Below are positions 36,890-48,236 of a DNA stretch of 64,000 nucleotides, in pieces; position 1 is the first letter of the stretch, and each line of letters begins with the position of its first letter. The stretch spans positions 310,001 to 374,000 of the forward strand of contig RSEE01000065.1 in assembly GCA_003971905.1 (NCBI GenBank). Direction: 5' to 3'. This stretch comes from Moniliella sp. 'wahieum'. Lineage: Eukaryota. A program made the translations under genes and the position numbers. The notes beneath the pieces were generated by a model, which was not told the DNA's origin, did no database searches, and was given only the letters and a program-made list of their open reading frames with translations.

Positions 36890-38137
36890 CTAGTAGTCAG
36901 CTGTGCCCGCATCAACGTCAATCACTTCAGACTCGGGAGAGCTCGCTCTCTGAGCGACGTGAGCGTTGGCTCGGCCTGGGTTGCGCGGAGGGACAACAGG
37001 TTTATTAGACGTCGCGCTGCGCCAGGGTTGGTTGGTGCGGTCTTGCCCCTTGGTCTTTGTGTCCGCGAGGTTGTCGTCGCCGGCTTTGCCCCCGCTGGAG
37101 TTTTTTCCCCCGCTGGTGGGTCGTCCCCCGCTGTCGGGTCGAGTCCAAGGCGTTCCTCCGTTGACCGGCTTGCCTCCGTTTCTCTTCCTTTCTCCACCGG
37201 GATACGTGGCGGCTGGTATGTCCATCACGGCCTGCCGTAACTTGTCTAGACTCGAGCGCTCTTCACGCTGGCGAATGCTCATGTCGCGTAAGCCGAGTAG
37301 GATCCCAGTGCGTTCCTGCTCTTCCGTAAGTGGGATGCCCGCTCGCGTCAGGCTTGCACTGATCTCTTCCATGTAGTCGAGGTAGTCTCGACCCGATCGG
37401 TTTCCTTGGTCGGCCGAAAAGTAGCGAATGAGTAGAGGCCCTCTGTTTGCGGTAGGCGTATATCCATACCGCTGACGCAGCATGTTCAGCGTGTCCTGGG
37501 TGCATGATATTTCGTGGTGGGTGCGGATCGTCCGGAAGAGGGTTGACGGCATGGCTTCCCTAAGAAGGTTGTGCAAGCGTCTGTCGAGGTCCTCGGTGAA
37601 GTAGCGGGAGCTGCGACCATTCTGGACGACGTCGCTTGCGTGGGGGTGGGCATCTGTTATCGCGAAGAGAAATTCGTCTTCCCAAGCGCTGTAGGCGGAC
37701 GGGTCTTTGTTCAGATCAGGCCACTTGATATTCTTGGTGGGAGACTCGCGTAGTGATCTGTAAAGGTCGTACTCGGGTCGCGAGGCTGCGCCTGTAGGTG
37801 CCCCCAAAGTTGCGTTGGGTTGAGTTTCCATTTGGTGGATGTTTTGCACCACAAAATTCGTAGCCCGTCGAACCCAGTTTGTCGTGATAGACGTAGGTTC
37901 GTCCTTCCATCCAAGCCACTCGGCTCTGTCGTGTATAGCTCTGTTGATCTTCTCTTTAACGACATCGATGTCGTTCGTCTTCTTGAACCACAGGTGCGCT
38001 TCGGCGCAAAGCATCATGAGTTCCTCGTTGTCGGTGCCAATCGGTGGCGGATCGCGACCGGTTGGTGTCCAGTAATCGCGCTTGTTCACCATTGTGGTGT
38101 CGCTGACCGAGAGATCGGTGTTAGCGTTGGCGCCCAT
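36890..38137 (-). CDS. gag: Copia gag (no CCHC knuckle seen), ends at a UAG in frame with pol
   Basis: Uninterrupted ORF from ATG 38137 with 'YSAWEDEF', 'LNMLRQRYG', 'DYLDYMEEI...L..AG'; position between the 5' LTR and protease. Confidence 0.85.
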   Translation of the reverse strand: MGANANTDLSVSDTTMVNKRDYWTPTGRDPPPIGTDNEELMMLCAEAHLWFKKTNDIDVVKEKINRAIHDRAEWLGWKDEPTSITTNWVRRATNFVVQNIHQMETQPNATLGAPTGAASRPEYDLYRSLRESPTKNIKWPDLNKDPSAYSAWEDEFLFAITDAHPHASDVVQNGRSSRYFTEDLDRRLHNLLREAMPSTLFRTIRTHHEISCTQDTLNMLRQRYGYTPTANRGPLLIRYFSADQGNRSGRDYLDYMEEISASLTRAGIPLTEEQERTGILLGLRDMSIRQREERSSLDKLRQAVMDIPAATYPGGERKRNGGKPVNGGTPWTRPDSGGRPTSGGKNSSGGKAGDDNLADTKTKGQDRTNQPWRSATSNKPVVPPRNPGRANAHVAQRASSPESEVIDVDAGTADY

Positions 38138-38191
38138 GGTTGTGGGTGTAGTTTTGGCCAGCTCAGGGATGAGCAGATAAGGATGTAACTC

Positions 38192-38354
38192 TGTCGTCGG
38201 CCTCGCTACTACCACAGAATGTGAGCACTGAACGTCGTATTGGACTAAGAAGCTTCTGCGACTGACTCGTCCAGAAGACTGGTGCGAGCTCGGAAGGAAT
38301 GAAAGCTGACTCACGTGACTCAGGGTCCGCGCGGTCCTAGGACGGATGTCAACA
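38192..38354 (-). repeat. 5' LTR of the Copia element
   Basis: Direct repeat of 33310-33469, followed on the plus strand by the TSD GCTCT. Confidence 0.93.
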
Positions 38355-39689
38355 GCTCTTGAATCCTTGAAGCTTGAAACGTGCTTGATGCTTGATGCCC
38401 GGTGCCCTCCTCACAGGCCTGAGCCTCAGGAGTTTGAGAGGTTCTTAACAGCGAAATGATCCACACCATACTCCACCTCTTTTTTCCACCGTGCCGCTCG
38501 TTCCGACTACGATACCCCCGATTACCCTCCGTTTTGCTAACATCTGTCTCCTCTACCATGTACAAGTTCTTGGCATCCATGTGGAATATGAAGACCCCCC
38601 GCACCACGCATCGCGTGGACCCGTCACGCGCCGCGCATGTGAGTGAGATCTGTGAGAATCTGAGGAAAACACGATGCATATGATGCGAAAGGGGCAGATC
38701 GGCCTTCTTTAGTATATGCAGGTCCGTGCGGCGAGCGTGTAGGCAAGCGGAACGCGCGCGGACGCGCGAAACCAGTTTGATCCAGCATGAGGGCATGAGT
38801 AGTAGTGGGCTATAGTATGAGGCTGAGGAGGCTTTTGTGGGGACCTTGGTCGCAGGTCACCGGCCGGTCATCGGTCACCGGTCACCGGTCATCATCATCA
38901 TCATCACAGATGGGTCTAGGACTGTCTAAGGATGTGAGAGAGAAAGTCGCGCTGATTGCAACTGACGCGGGGGGCTCAGCGGCTCCACCGTTCGCAGGCG
39001 AACGGCCCCGTGGCGTGAGTAGGGCACATTTGGAGCTCTACTTCTAAGCCTGGCTGATCGCCAAGCAGGGGTCCGAGGAAACATCTGTAACTCATTGATG
39101 CGCTGCGCGCTCCGAAATTCACGTCAACGTTTTAACGTACGTTTAACGTTGATCGATGATCGTTGAACGTGAACGTTGAACGTTGATCATCGATCACTCG
39201 ATCACGTTGATCCAGCCGTCCGGAGCACTGGACCCTACCGCGAAATACTACGTGCACCAATCCATCATCATGCATCACAGTACTCAATTCGTTCGGTACG
39301 GTCAGTGCAATCCGTTCGCACGCCGGGGCAAATGTTCCGGCCGGGGTGCTTCGGCCGGGGTACTTCCAAAATTAAGCGATGCTACATGTCGCTGTCGGAG
39401 GCCTCAGCTGAGGCTTCTCTGCTGCAGTATACCATTGCAAGCTCTAGGCCTTTGGTATTAGATCTTGGACCTTATTGTTCGGTGCAGATGAGCGCTCTCT
39501 GAGATCTCAGGTCTCAGGGGCTAAGAAATCAATCAATTGTTACATGTGTGTGCATTCCATTGACAGAGCTTAAGGCTGGGACAGGGGAACCTACGTCTAA
39601 ACCGAACCGTTCATCTTGCGGGGGTTACTTGGAAGCGCCACCAGATTAAGGGACCAGGGGGATCGCCAGGATATCAGGACCCTCCGGCT

Positions 39690-41013
39690 CACGCCATCCG
39701 GTTCCCGTACCCTAGGAAGCGCGTGGGACACGGAAACGTGGTTGACATACGAGCGAGGAACCATTCACTGAGACTTAGTAGCCAACTCCTTCAATGCGCA
39801 AACAACTTGCCCGCCGTCTTGGTGCCGTAGTATCCTCGCGTCGTCAAAACCAGGGGGAAAAACGGTTCTTGAGTGCGTCCCTGGTACTTGGCGTTCTGTC
39901 GCATTCTGCTTGTTCAAGCAGCCGAAGCAGTTCCTTCTCCCGTTCCAAAGCGACGCAGTGCTCTCATGCAACCACCCGCCGGTACGCGCTCTGCGCCTCC
40001 TGCGATCCCGTGTCGCGCAGCGTGTGGTCTCCTCCATTCCGGTTCCTCCAGTGCTCCGGGCCCCATCACGCGGTAATCGGTGCGCTGTGCCTTCCGTCCG
40101 CGCCTCGTCCCATCCTCTTCCTCCACCATAGGTTCGTTGTGGACGTGGGTGTCGGGGATGGAGCGGAGGAGCTGGAGAATGGGCTCCCCACTGCCTCATG
40201 CAACGCACAAACTTGGCCTGGGGCGGGTGCAGGACATGATGTTTCCAGCGAGGACATGACGCCGCACTTGCACATGCTGCGCGTGGTGCGCACAGCGTGC
40301 GGAGCTGGAGACACCAACCTGGACCTGCTGGTCAGAGAGCTTGAGGTACGGGACGGATGGAAATAGCGGAGAGCCAGTTGTGGCTCAGCGGGTTGCTGTG
40401 CTCAACCACATGACGACCATCGCAGCGTCCAGCTTCTGGAGCAGCTCCTGTCGACTTTGCTCCCACATCTCGCGGCAGCGTGGCGTTGCTTCGTAAATGC
40501 GTTGGCCCTTGCCGTTTTGCGGTCCCGAACGGTCACATAAGTGGTAATAAGATAGTCGTTGACCGTTGGCCGCGGCACGGGCGTGGGGCGCAATATACGA
40601 GTAAAGCGGGCTGCACATCCTCCCAGCCGAAGAGGCAGGCTCATGAGCATGTCGAAGTGGTCGTCCTTGGCACCTTGGGGATCCTCGTCGCCCCGGATCC
40701 GTCTGAACTCCGTACAGATGAAGGCATCAATCTCGGCCAGCACGTCGTCTAGCTCTCCTTCCATCTGCATGGTGCGGAGCAGGTGGCGCAGCTTGGTCTG
40801 AGTGCTGAGCCGCCATAGTAGAGGCGTCCCTGGCGGGTGAGCCATCAACTTAGGCATGTTCTCCCTCAGATGGCCAGTTGGGCCCGGAGCCACGATCGAC
40901 GACAGTACCCCCACACAAGTGCCAGAACCTGCAGACCATCCACCCGAATCTGGTCCCGGTCCCGCTCGACACACTTGTGCAGGTTGAGCTTGAGGCCTGA
41001 CGCGTCGCTTCAA
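39690..41013 (-). mobile_element. Decayed, 5'-truncated non-LTR retrotransposon of RLE type (CRE/Cnl1/MoTeR-like), post-RT half only
   Basis: 'TKLRHLLRTM', 'LMSLPLRLGG', 'LSDQQV', 'CKCG...H' knuckle remnant, 'RTDYRV' and 'PLVLTTRG' across shifted frames, in the order expected for fungal RLE elements; no RT core seen. Confidence 0.62.
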
Positions 41014-41079
41014 AATATAAGCTTACGCCAAGGGTATTAAAGCTTTTTTGCAACAAAGAAATGACAGCACGCGCAAATG

Positions 41080-41330
41080 TTGTTAGAGGGTACTGCTAGG
41101 GTTCTCCTGCGCGGCCCTCAATGGATCGGTGACGCTCGCCTAGCCGAGCGGAAGCGTTCCGCTCGCAGGCCGCGCACGCCCTGCTCGCTCCATCTCCCTT
41201 CTCTCTCTCCTTTCTCCTTCCTTCAGACGTTGCTTGAAGACTTGTGGCTCACCACTTTGCCTTCACGCCTTGTCTGAAGGCTGCTTTGCAGCTGATCCAT
41301 AGGATCGCGAGTGCTCCCAAGTCGCACTCT
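41080..41330 (-). repeat. Third, inverted copy of part of the terminal repeat of the 30488-32094 insertion
   Basis: Reverse complement aligns to about 30716-30951 (GAGTGCGACTTGGGAGCACTCGCGATCCTATGGATC...GCAGCCTTCAGACAAGGCGTGAAGGCAAAGT...TACCCTC). Confidence 0.85.
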
Positions 41331-42053
41331 AGCAAATGTATGCAAATGTATGCAGAAAGTACACTTGAGGGTTGCGGGTTGCCTGATTCGACATGCTTCT
41401 TCCCTCTCTATACACCGCTTCTGCCCGATGCGCAGGAGTCCTTTTAAAGCCTTAGCCTGAGACCCCCCTTGCCTATTTCCCGAGGCTCCAAATCTTTCGA
41501 ACTTTGATCCACCTCTATAACCGCTTGTCCTACGTCTACAGGGCGGATTGAATCCCACAAACTATGTGTGGTCCCACCGCCAGGTATTCGGCCTTTAGGC
41601 CTGGCCACAGGCCTTACATGTTGAACGTTGATTCATGATTTGAGGGGCCTCGGCGCCTCAACTTGAGGCCGACCAGATCCCAGAGGGGAGTTGGGGGATT
41701 ATCGATCATCGATCATCTGATCGATGGTCATCGATTGGGCTCGTGACATGTGACAAATGACATCATGATGACACACACACAGGTAGGGGCAGGGTATGCT
41801 GTCTGTCGCAGCATACAGCCATATGCATACGCAGCCATATGACCCCGCAAGGATGGGGTGGGTACACTGAGTACTGGGGGACTCCGAGTACTGAGACGCA
41901 GGACTCCGTCCAGGGGGGCTGCGGGCGCGTATTGCCTATGCCAACCCAGGTGCTCCGACCAGCGTCGGCGACATGCGGCTGCCGGTTGCCGAGCGCCACG
42001 GTGTGTGAGACTGGTGCATATGCATCAACGATCGGGGCCAGCGCGCAGCAGCC

Positions 42054-45000
42054 ATGAATTTTGAAGCGTTAGTAACCCGACAACTGGCGATGCTGTCCGA
42101 GACACAGCAGGCAGCCGGCTGGGCGCTGGACCCAGGCGGTCGATCGTCGGACCAGCAGCTGGGCAGGGGGTGCGCAGCAGGCGCGTGTCGGACCCAATGC
42201 GTGCTGCAGCGGAGCGCGGCGCCTGAATGCGCCTCCCGGCCCCAGTGCTCCTTCCCAAGCCAGGACGCTGTCCAGGTCGGTGGGCAGCACGCCCAGGGTC
42301 TCCACATCCCCCGGAGCATCAGCCGCGCTCCTGTGTTCCGCGCCTCTAGGCCATTCCACCCAGCTTGCCTCTTCCCCTTCCTGCGCGTCTCGGTCGCCAT
42401 CTCTTTGCGGCACTGCAACCAACACCATGATTCTTCCTCTCTGGCGCTCACGCTCCCAACCGTTCTGGAGGAAACACGATGCTCCTTCCGCGGCCCCAGC
42501 TGCCACCCCACCCTCCACCCTCAGTCCACCTCCGACGACAGAGGTCCGCAAAGCGCCTACTAGGCGCAAAACGATGATGCGCCTAGGCAATCCGCACCCG
42601 ACTGAACCGTCGTCCTCATTGCAGTCTCCAACAGAGGGTGAGAAGAAGGAGCGCCGCCATTCCTTCTTCCCTCGCTCCATCCGATCTCGGTTCTCCCTAT
42701 CCACTGGCCAAACCTCCGTCGACGACAACCCTGCCGGGACCGATTCCCAACTTTGCCTCGACCGTAAGCGGGAAAGCTTGCCAGCATTGGACAGCCAACT
42801 GCCACCCGCTGACGTGGCCCCGGGTGGACTCGTGTCCGATACCCTGCCTTCCACCCCCAGCGATAGCGATAGCGGCAACGGCAGCGGTACCGGTAGTTGC
42901 ACTGACAACTGCAGTAACAGTGCCGATTCACCACCGCCTCGTATGAGGAGGGAAACGGTCTCCCCCATATATCTTCCCTATGCAGTGGTGTATGCCCATC
43001 TCTGCCCCCCTGGACCTGGCATCGAATTCAAACGCGCCACTAGTCGAACTTCCCCAAGCCATTTCTGTTGCCGCACCTCCCTCCGCACGCATGCCACATC
43101 CTGTGACGCCTCCACGGACCCATTTCGGGACTGAAGACACCAGGCCTACCGCTTTCATTGCTCCTGAACGGAGACATTTACCCCTTGCGTCTACCACAGC
43201 GTGGCCGACAACCCGATGTCTTCAAACTGGAGTTGCATCAATGAGGTGGCCAGTGGCCTTGTGCCATCCTCCCAGCACGATGCCGCCGAAACTACCCCCC
43301 CGGCCTCACCCAGATCGGGAACGACCACTGTAGGCGGACAGGCGGACTCATTCCCATCCGGCGCCCTCCAGCCCTTGTGAAACATTGTTTGCCCATGGAG
43401 TCGAACCCACCAAAGAGAATTCCTTGCCCGCCATGGCCTGGTGCGTCATGGAGTCAGCCCTGGGAAAGTTCCGTCACGCCACCCAGAGGCAAGATGCAGG
43501 GAAGCGCACCTTTGAGCGTGCTAAAATCCTGCGCATGGTGCTCGAACCGTTTTTGGAAATGGAGCAGCAGCGCCCCCTGGTGCGTCCCGATGCAAGCACC
43601 TCTGCCTCAGCTCCTGTCAGTGCCAGTGGCAGTACAAGTGATCTAAGCTCCGTATCCGTCTCACCCACTTTGTCGTCGGTCACGCTCGCTCCCATGACAC
43701 CGGTATCCCCTGCGCTCTCGCTTCCTCCGCTCACGCCGCTATCCAAGTCCCACTTACCGTTGGATGGGTTCCGTCGATTCAGAGAGGGAAGCACCCGACG
43801 TGATCTCCTCTTTGCCTGGATTGACGAGCTTATGGTTGCTGTGCAGGTGGCTCAAGTCCCAGCAGACCGGATCGCGATGCTGGATAATATCTGTCTGGTT
43901 CTCGAGGCACGCAACTTGAGCATTTTAGCGCTGGATGACCATGAATCGCAACGGTTCGTTGATACGCTCTTTACCTGCCTCGAATACGCCATCCATGAGA
44001 TCAACAAGAAGGGCGTCTACCACAGCAACATTGTCTTTGCAGGTCGATTGCTTGCCTTGGCTCTAGTTCGCATCCCTGGCGTAGCAGAAAAAATTCTCAC
44101 CAATTTGCCCATCACTCGGCAAGCGCTCCAACGCATGGCCAAGGAGGCCCAATGGGAAGATCTGCGTCCCCGGGGACAAGAATGGGACAAATTTCTCTCT
44201 CATTTCCCCCCCTACCTCCGCCCCTTCTGCTTCGATGACGTGCGTACATATCTCTCTCGTGTGCCCGCCCTGCGTCCACCACGGGACCCCGATGAAACAT
44301 GTGTTCGCTCGGAAGAGGTGTACTTGGTACGCAACAAGGGAAGGGGAATCGCCATGAAAGGAAATTGGCTCAAACGGTTCCAATCCGACGACTCTGAACT
44401 CATCTTTTCATTTTTCCGCAGCTTCCACCGCAATCTTGAGCGACTCGTTCGCACTCACCTCCACTGGGATCAACACCTTTTCTTTGGTGCACCCGGAATG
44501 GCTCATATCGAGTCTCTGATCCAAAGCAAATGCCTCGCTCTCGTACACCGTTCTCTTACCTCTGTTACTACTCAGCACATGGCCGACACTACCTTGTATG
44601 TTGTCCCTTCCCTTGTTCCTCGTTTTCAGCTGTGGACTACTATTGAGACTGACAAAAACATATAGCATTACGGGTGATACGGCCAATGTTCTGTTGGGCA
44701 GCACAAATGGCAAGCCAAAGGAGCTCGAGGCAGCGACACGCAGATGTGTGGCAGCGGTGTTGGACACGGTTACCTTTGGTGACCCGATCAGCAGTAAATC
44801 GCGCACCCCTCTTTTCATGCCCGCTATCCAATGGCACCTTGCTGCTTTGGTCCGTGGAACTTCCTTGTACGATGTGCAAGGTGTCTTTTGTTTCTTTGAC
44901 TGGGCCGATGTACTATTGGAAAACTTGATGGGGCTCCCGTTCCAAACGCGGGAAGTGCTGGACCTTTCGTTTGTCATCAGCATTGCGCGGCGTATCTTAC

Positions 45001-45985
45001 AAGAGACGGATCATACTGTTACCCTCATTCGCACTCTCGCTTTCCTCTACTCGCACTTTGGTCTCTTGGTCGCCACGCCTTGCTTACGGGAGGACCTTGC
45101 TGACCACACCCTTCTCCATCCCGACATCTTTTCCAAACTCCTCCTCTCCTGGTCTCCTACCGTCAGGGCCTATTTCCTTCACACCCTTGTCTTTCGTTTT
45201 GGCCATCTCACCGACTTCTCTCTCGGATCCAACAAGGGAAGCGACAAAACCAACTCTATGCCTTTTGCATCGACGCCTAGAAGAAGTACGCGTCCGCTAC
45301 CTATACTTGGCTACCTCGGCTGTGGAAAGCAGTACCAATAGCAACCCTGCCGTCTCCCAACCAACCACTACTCTCGCCAACTCACCCAACGAGAAGGAGG
45401 CCGTGCAGCGACGATCAGCCAAGTCCAGCCTGGCTTGGGCGCAGTTGAAGCGACGGGGCAGTGCAACGCTCTCGCCGCGTGCCGTGCGTGCGCGTCCCAC
45501 CACCCCCGTGCGGGAAGTGAAACGGTGGGTGCACGCGAGCACCTTGCGCCCAGCGCATTCGACCTGCAGACCCACACACCGCTTCCCCGCCCCCGGTCAG
45601 CACGCCTTTCCTCCACCGTACCACTCTCGTCCCCGGTCCGGCCGGCCGTAGCCTTCTCTCGCTTTTGGCCACTTCCCCTACCCCCCCGCCAAGGGGAGAA
45701 GAGGGGTACGCCACGTCCCTCCAGCCGTACGCGAGCAAATGTTTGCGCGAGTTGGAGGCAACGATTCGGGTATGTTGCATTGTCCTCGTGGTCTTCCTTT
45801 GGGACCGAGCGGCTGTGCTTGAATCTGGCTTGCAGAGTGCTGTATGCTGACCTCTGTCTGACTGGGCTTAGGAGGAGGAGGACCTGATCGTGTCGCGTCC
45901 TACGAATCAAGCGACCGAGGTACCAAACCTGATTGTTGCCTGGCCTGCCGTTTGGGGCGAGGGCTCCGGGCTGGGGACGGCTTAG
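42054..45985 (+). CDS. DUF1765 (UPF0592-like) fungal protein; introns 44596-44665 and about 45770-45871; start uncertain; frameshifts
   Basis: 'FAGRLLALA..RIPGVA.K', 'GNWLKRFQSDDSELIFSF', 'LYDVQGVFCFFDW', 'IRTLAFLYSHF', 'SWSPTVRAYF..LVFR'. Confidence 0.8.
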
Positions 45986-47003
45986 ATTGCAAAATACTCC
46001 ATTCTCCATCTAGCGCCTCATTGGAGATTCCAATATCTAACAAGTCACACAACTTTTCGACCCGTACGAAAGGCTTCCGCTTTGCTGCCCCCCCCCCCCC
46101 CCCCCCGTCTGTGTGGTGTTATGGCCCATATTTTTCGTTGACTTCTTTACCCTTATTTTGCTTTTTGACGACCCACACGCTTCAGCTTCACCCTAGGATC
46201 TCAGGTTTCGGAAGCCTGCCTATTAGTTAAGCCGAACCCGTGACGACCTTTTCAGTCCCTTTCATTCATAGTACTTTCTCTTTTTATTCGCTTCACCACT
46301 TTTTCTCCTCAATTACTCTCACACTACTACCCCTCCGCTATCGTTCTTCTCTATCACTTTCTGTTTGCCATATAACCATCCATCTCGCATCATTTTTGCC
46401 TTTTCCCCTCTCTGCTCCCCCCACATAGTTTTCCGATGATCTCCCGCAGACTTTTCTCTAGGTAACGGTGTGCTTTTATAAGTCACAGGCGATAATAGGT
46501 CTATCCCAATCTCCTTATGTGAGATTGATTCGTTCTGTTGGAGCCCATCCACCGTGTCGCCTTCCCCGGCCAAGAGTTTTATTGAGGACAAGCTCGAGGG
46601 CGGCACATCGAAACAGAGGACGCCTGTTGCTACGAAGATAAACACCAAGTCCTTAGATATGACATCAGGGAAAACGTTACGTGTTACACGTTAAAAAACG
46701 GAAGCAGGTACAAAAGGACCATTTGAGGCGGGGGGGCGGGGGTAGGGGGGAAGAGAGGGGACCGGGATCCTGACGGCTAGTTGAGCCCGATTCGTACAGT
46801 GAGAGAACGAGTCGCGGAACACAGAGAGAACGATTTACGGAAGAGAAGAGGGGTGTGGAGGAAAGGAAGGAAGGAACACCAGCAAACCCCTTAATGTGAC
46901 AAGCGAGAAAAGAAGTAGAGTGTTGAAACAGCAGAGAAAAGGAGAGAAGACTAGGAACAAGGGAAATGAAGACACAGCTAAGGTTTAGCAAAAGGTAGAG
47001 AGA

Positions 47004-48236
47004 CTAGGTCAGAGTCTCCACTCTTGAACCGGGAAAGACCGAGCCGGGCGGGATCGAGTCAGTAGGGTGGGACGGGTGGGTGGAGTGCACGCTGGGGGAT
47101 CGCGATCGGGACAGATAGGAAGAGAACCCATCGATCGAAGTACTGCGCTTAGGCTCTCCAGCTTGCCCAAATGAAGAAGGGGAAAGGTGGACCTCCTGCT
47201 TTTGCAAGGTAGTGATGCGCACCTCGGCTCCTGGGGTCTGAGGGTACACCGACAGAGACTTGTTGACCTGGGAGTTTTTGCGGATCCCAATTTCGGGAAA
47301 CATGGGCTTGGTGCCCGTCGAGGTTTGGACCCATGCGCCCCACAGGTTACTTTTGCCCGGCCCTTTGGATGGGTATTCATCGGATGTGGTACTGTCGGTC
47401 GTCGGCATCAATTCTGACCCACTCCGGCGTGTGTTGAGCGTAGACAAGAGCGAGTTTGTGTACATCTTGGGCATGATCACGCAGAAAAGGACGTGCAGCA
47501 GATTCCCCGGCTATGTTCCAGCCCATTCTCTGTTAGTTCCTACTGTCGAGCACAAACATGCTGGTGTGAGGAAATACATACTTCAATTGCTACAATGATG
47601 AGGTGAATCAGGTCGACGATCATGGTCAGGACCGAAGTTTGGAGAATGAGGTTTTTCAACCTAACCATCTGGGAGTCGTTGTTGCGGAGAGTATTGATGT
47701 CTTTACGCAACGTTACGACTAAGGTGGAGGTGGTGATCACGTCGCACAGTACGCTCCCGCAGCACCAACAAGCGTGACAGATTGAATCTCGCTCCACTTG
47801 CGGATATACTGCAAAATGGAGAGACCAATCATCGTCCCAATGCTGCCCAATAGTCCGGCCAATGACAATCCCACAATGGTCGCGGTGATCCACCATTGCC
47901 GACGGAGGCGTTGCACCCTCCATGCCAAGAAACATTGCACCAGGCACGCAGCCGCTGCACCCGCCTGCACGGCGCAAATGAAACTGGGCGTGACTTTTTC
48001 CAGATGCGACGGTTCTCCAAAATAACGTACCAGCCAGGTGAAGATGGCAACACAATCTGCCACACTGTTGATCACATCCAGACATACGAGGACGACCACC
48101 ACAAGTTTAAGAATCCAGGGATCCTTACGGTAGCGCGTATAGTACAGCCAGGTTTGGACCAGCGTTACCCGAAAAGGCCAAGGTTGATGTAGACCCCAAT
48201 AAGGACGTAGCCCACACCCTTCGCAGGGGAGCCCAT
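47004..48236 (-). CDS. DUF6534-family multi-pass membrane protein (intron 47511-47581)
   Basis: 'VQTWLYYTRYRKDPWILK', 'LVQCFLAWRV', 'DVITTSTLVVTLRK', 'LILQTSVLT', 'MPKMYTNSLLSTLNTR'; TATA-like element near 48310. Confidence 0.82.

Larger units (their letters stand above)
33310..38354 (-). mobile_element. Full-length Ty1/Copia LTR retrotransposon (about 5.05 kb), 5-bp TSD GCTCT
   Basis: Two near-identical 160-bp LTRs (TG...CA); TSD GCTCT at 33305-33309 and 38355-38359; PPT AGCGGGGG next to the 3' LTR; domain order gag-PR-IN-RT-RH. Confidence 0.96.

Noticed and set aside
39120..39212. Dense restriction-site-like palindromes suggesting a polylinker or CRISPR array
   Set aside because: Degenerate, dispersed over many loci and 7-periodic; no vector backbone, constant repeat-spacer structure or cas genes.
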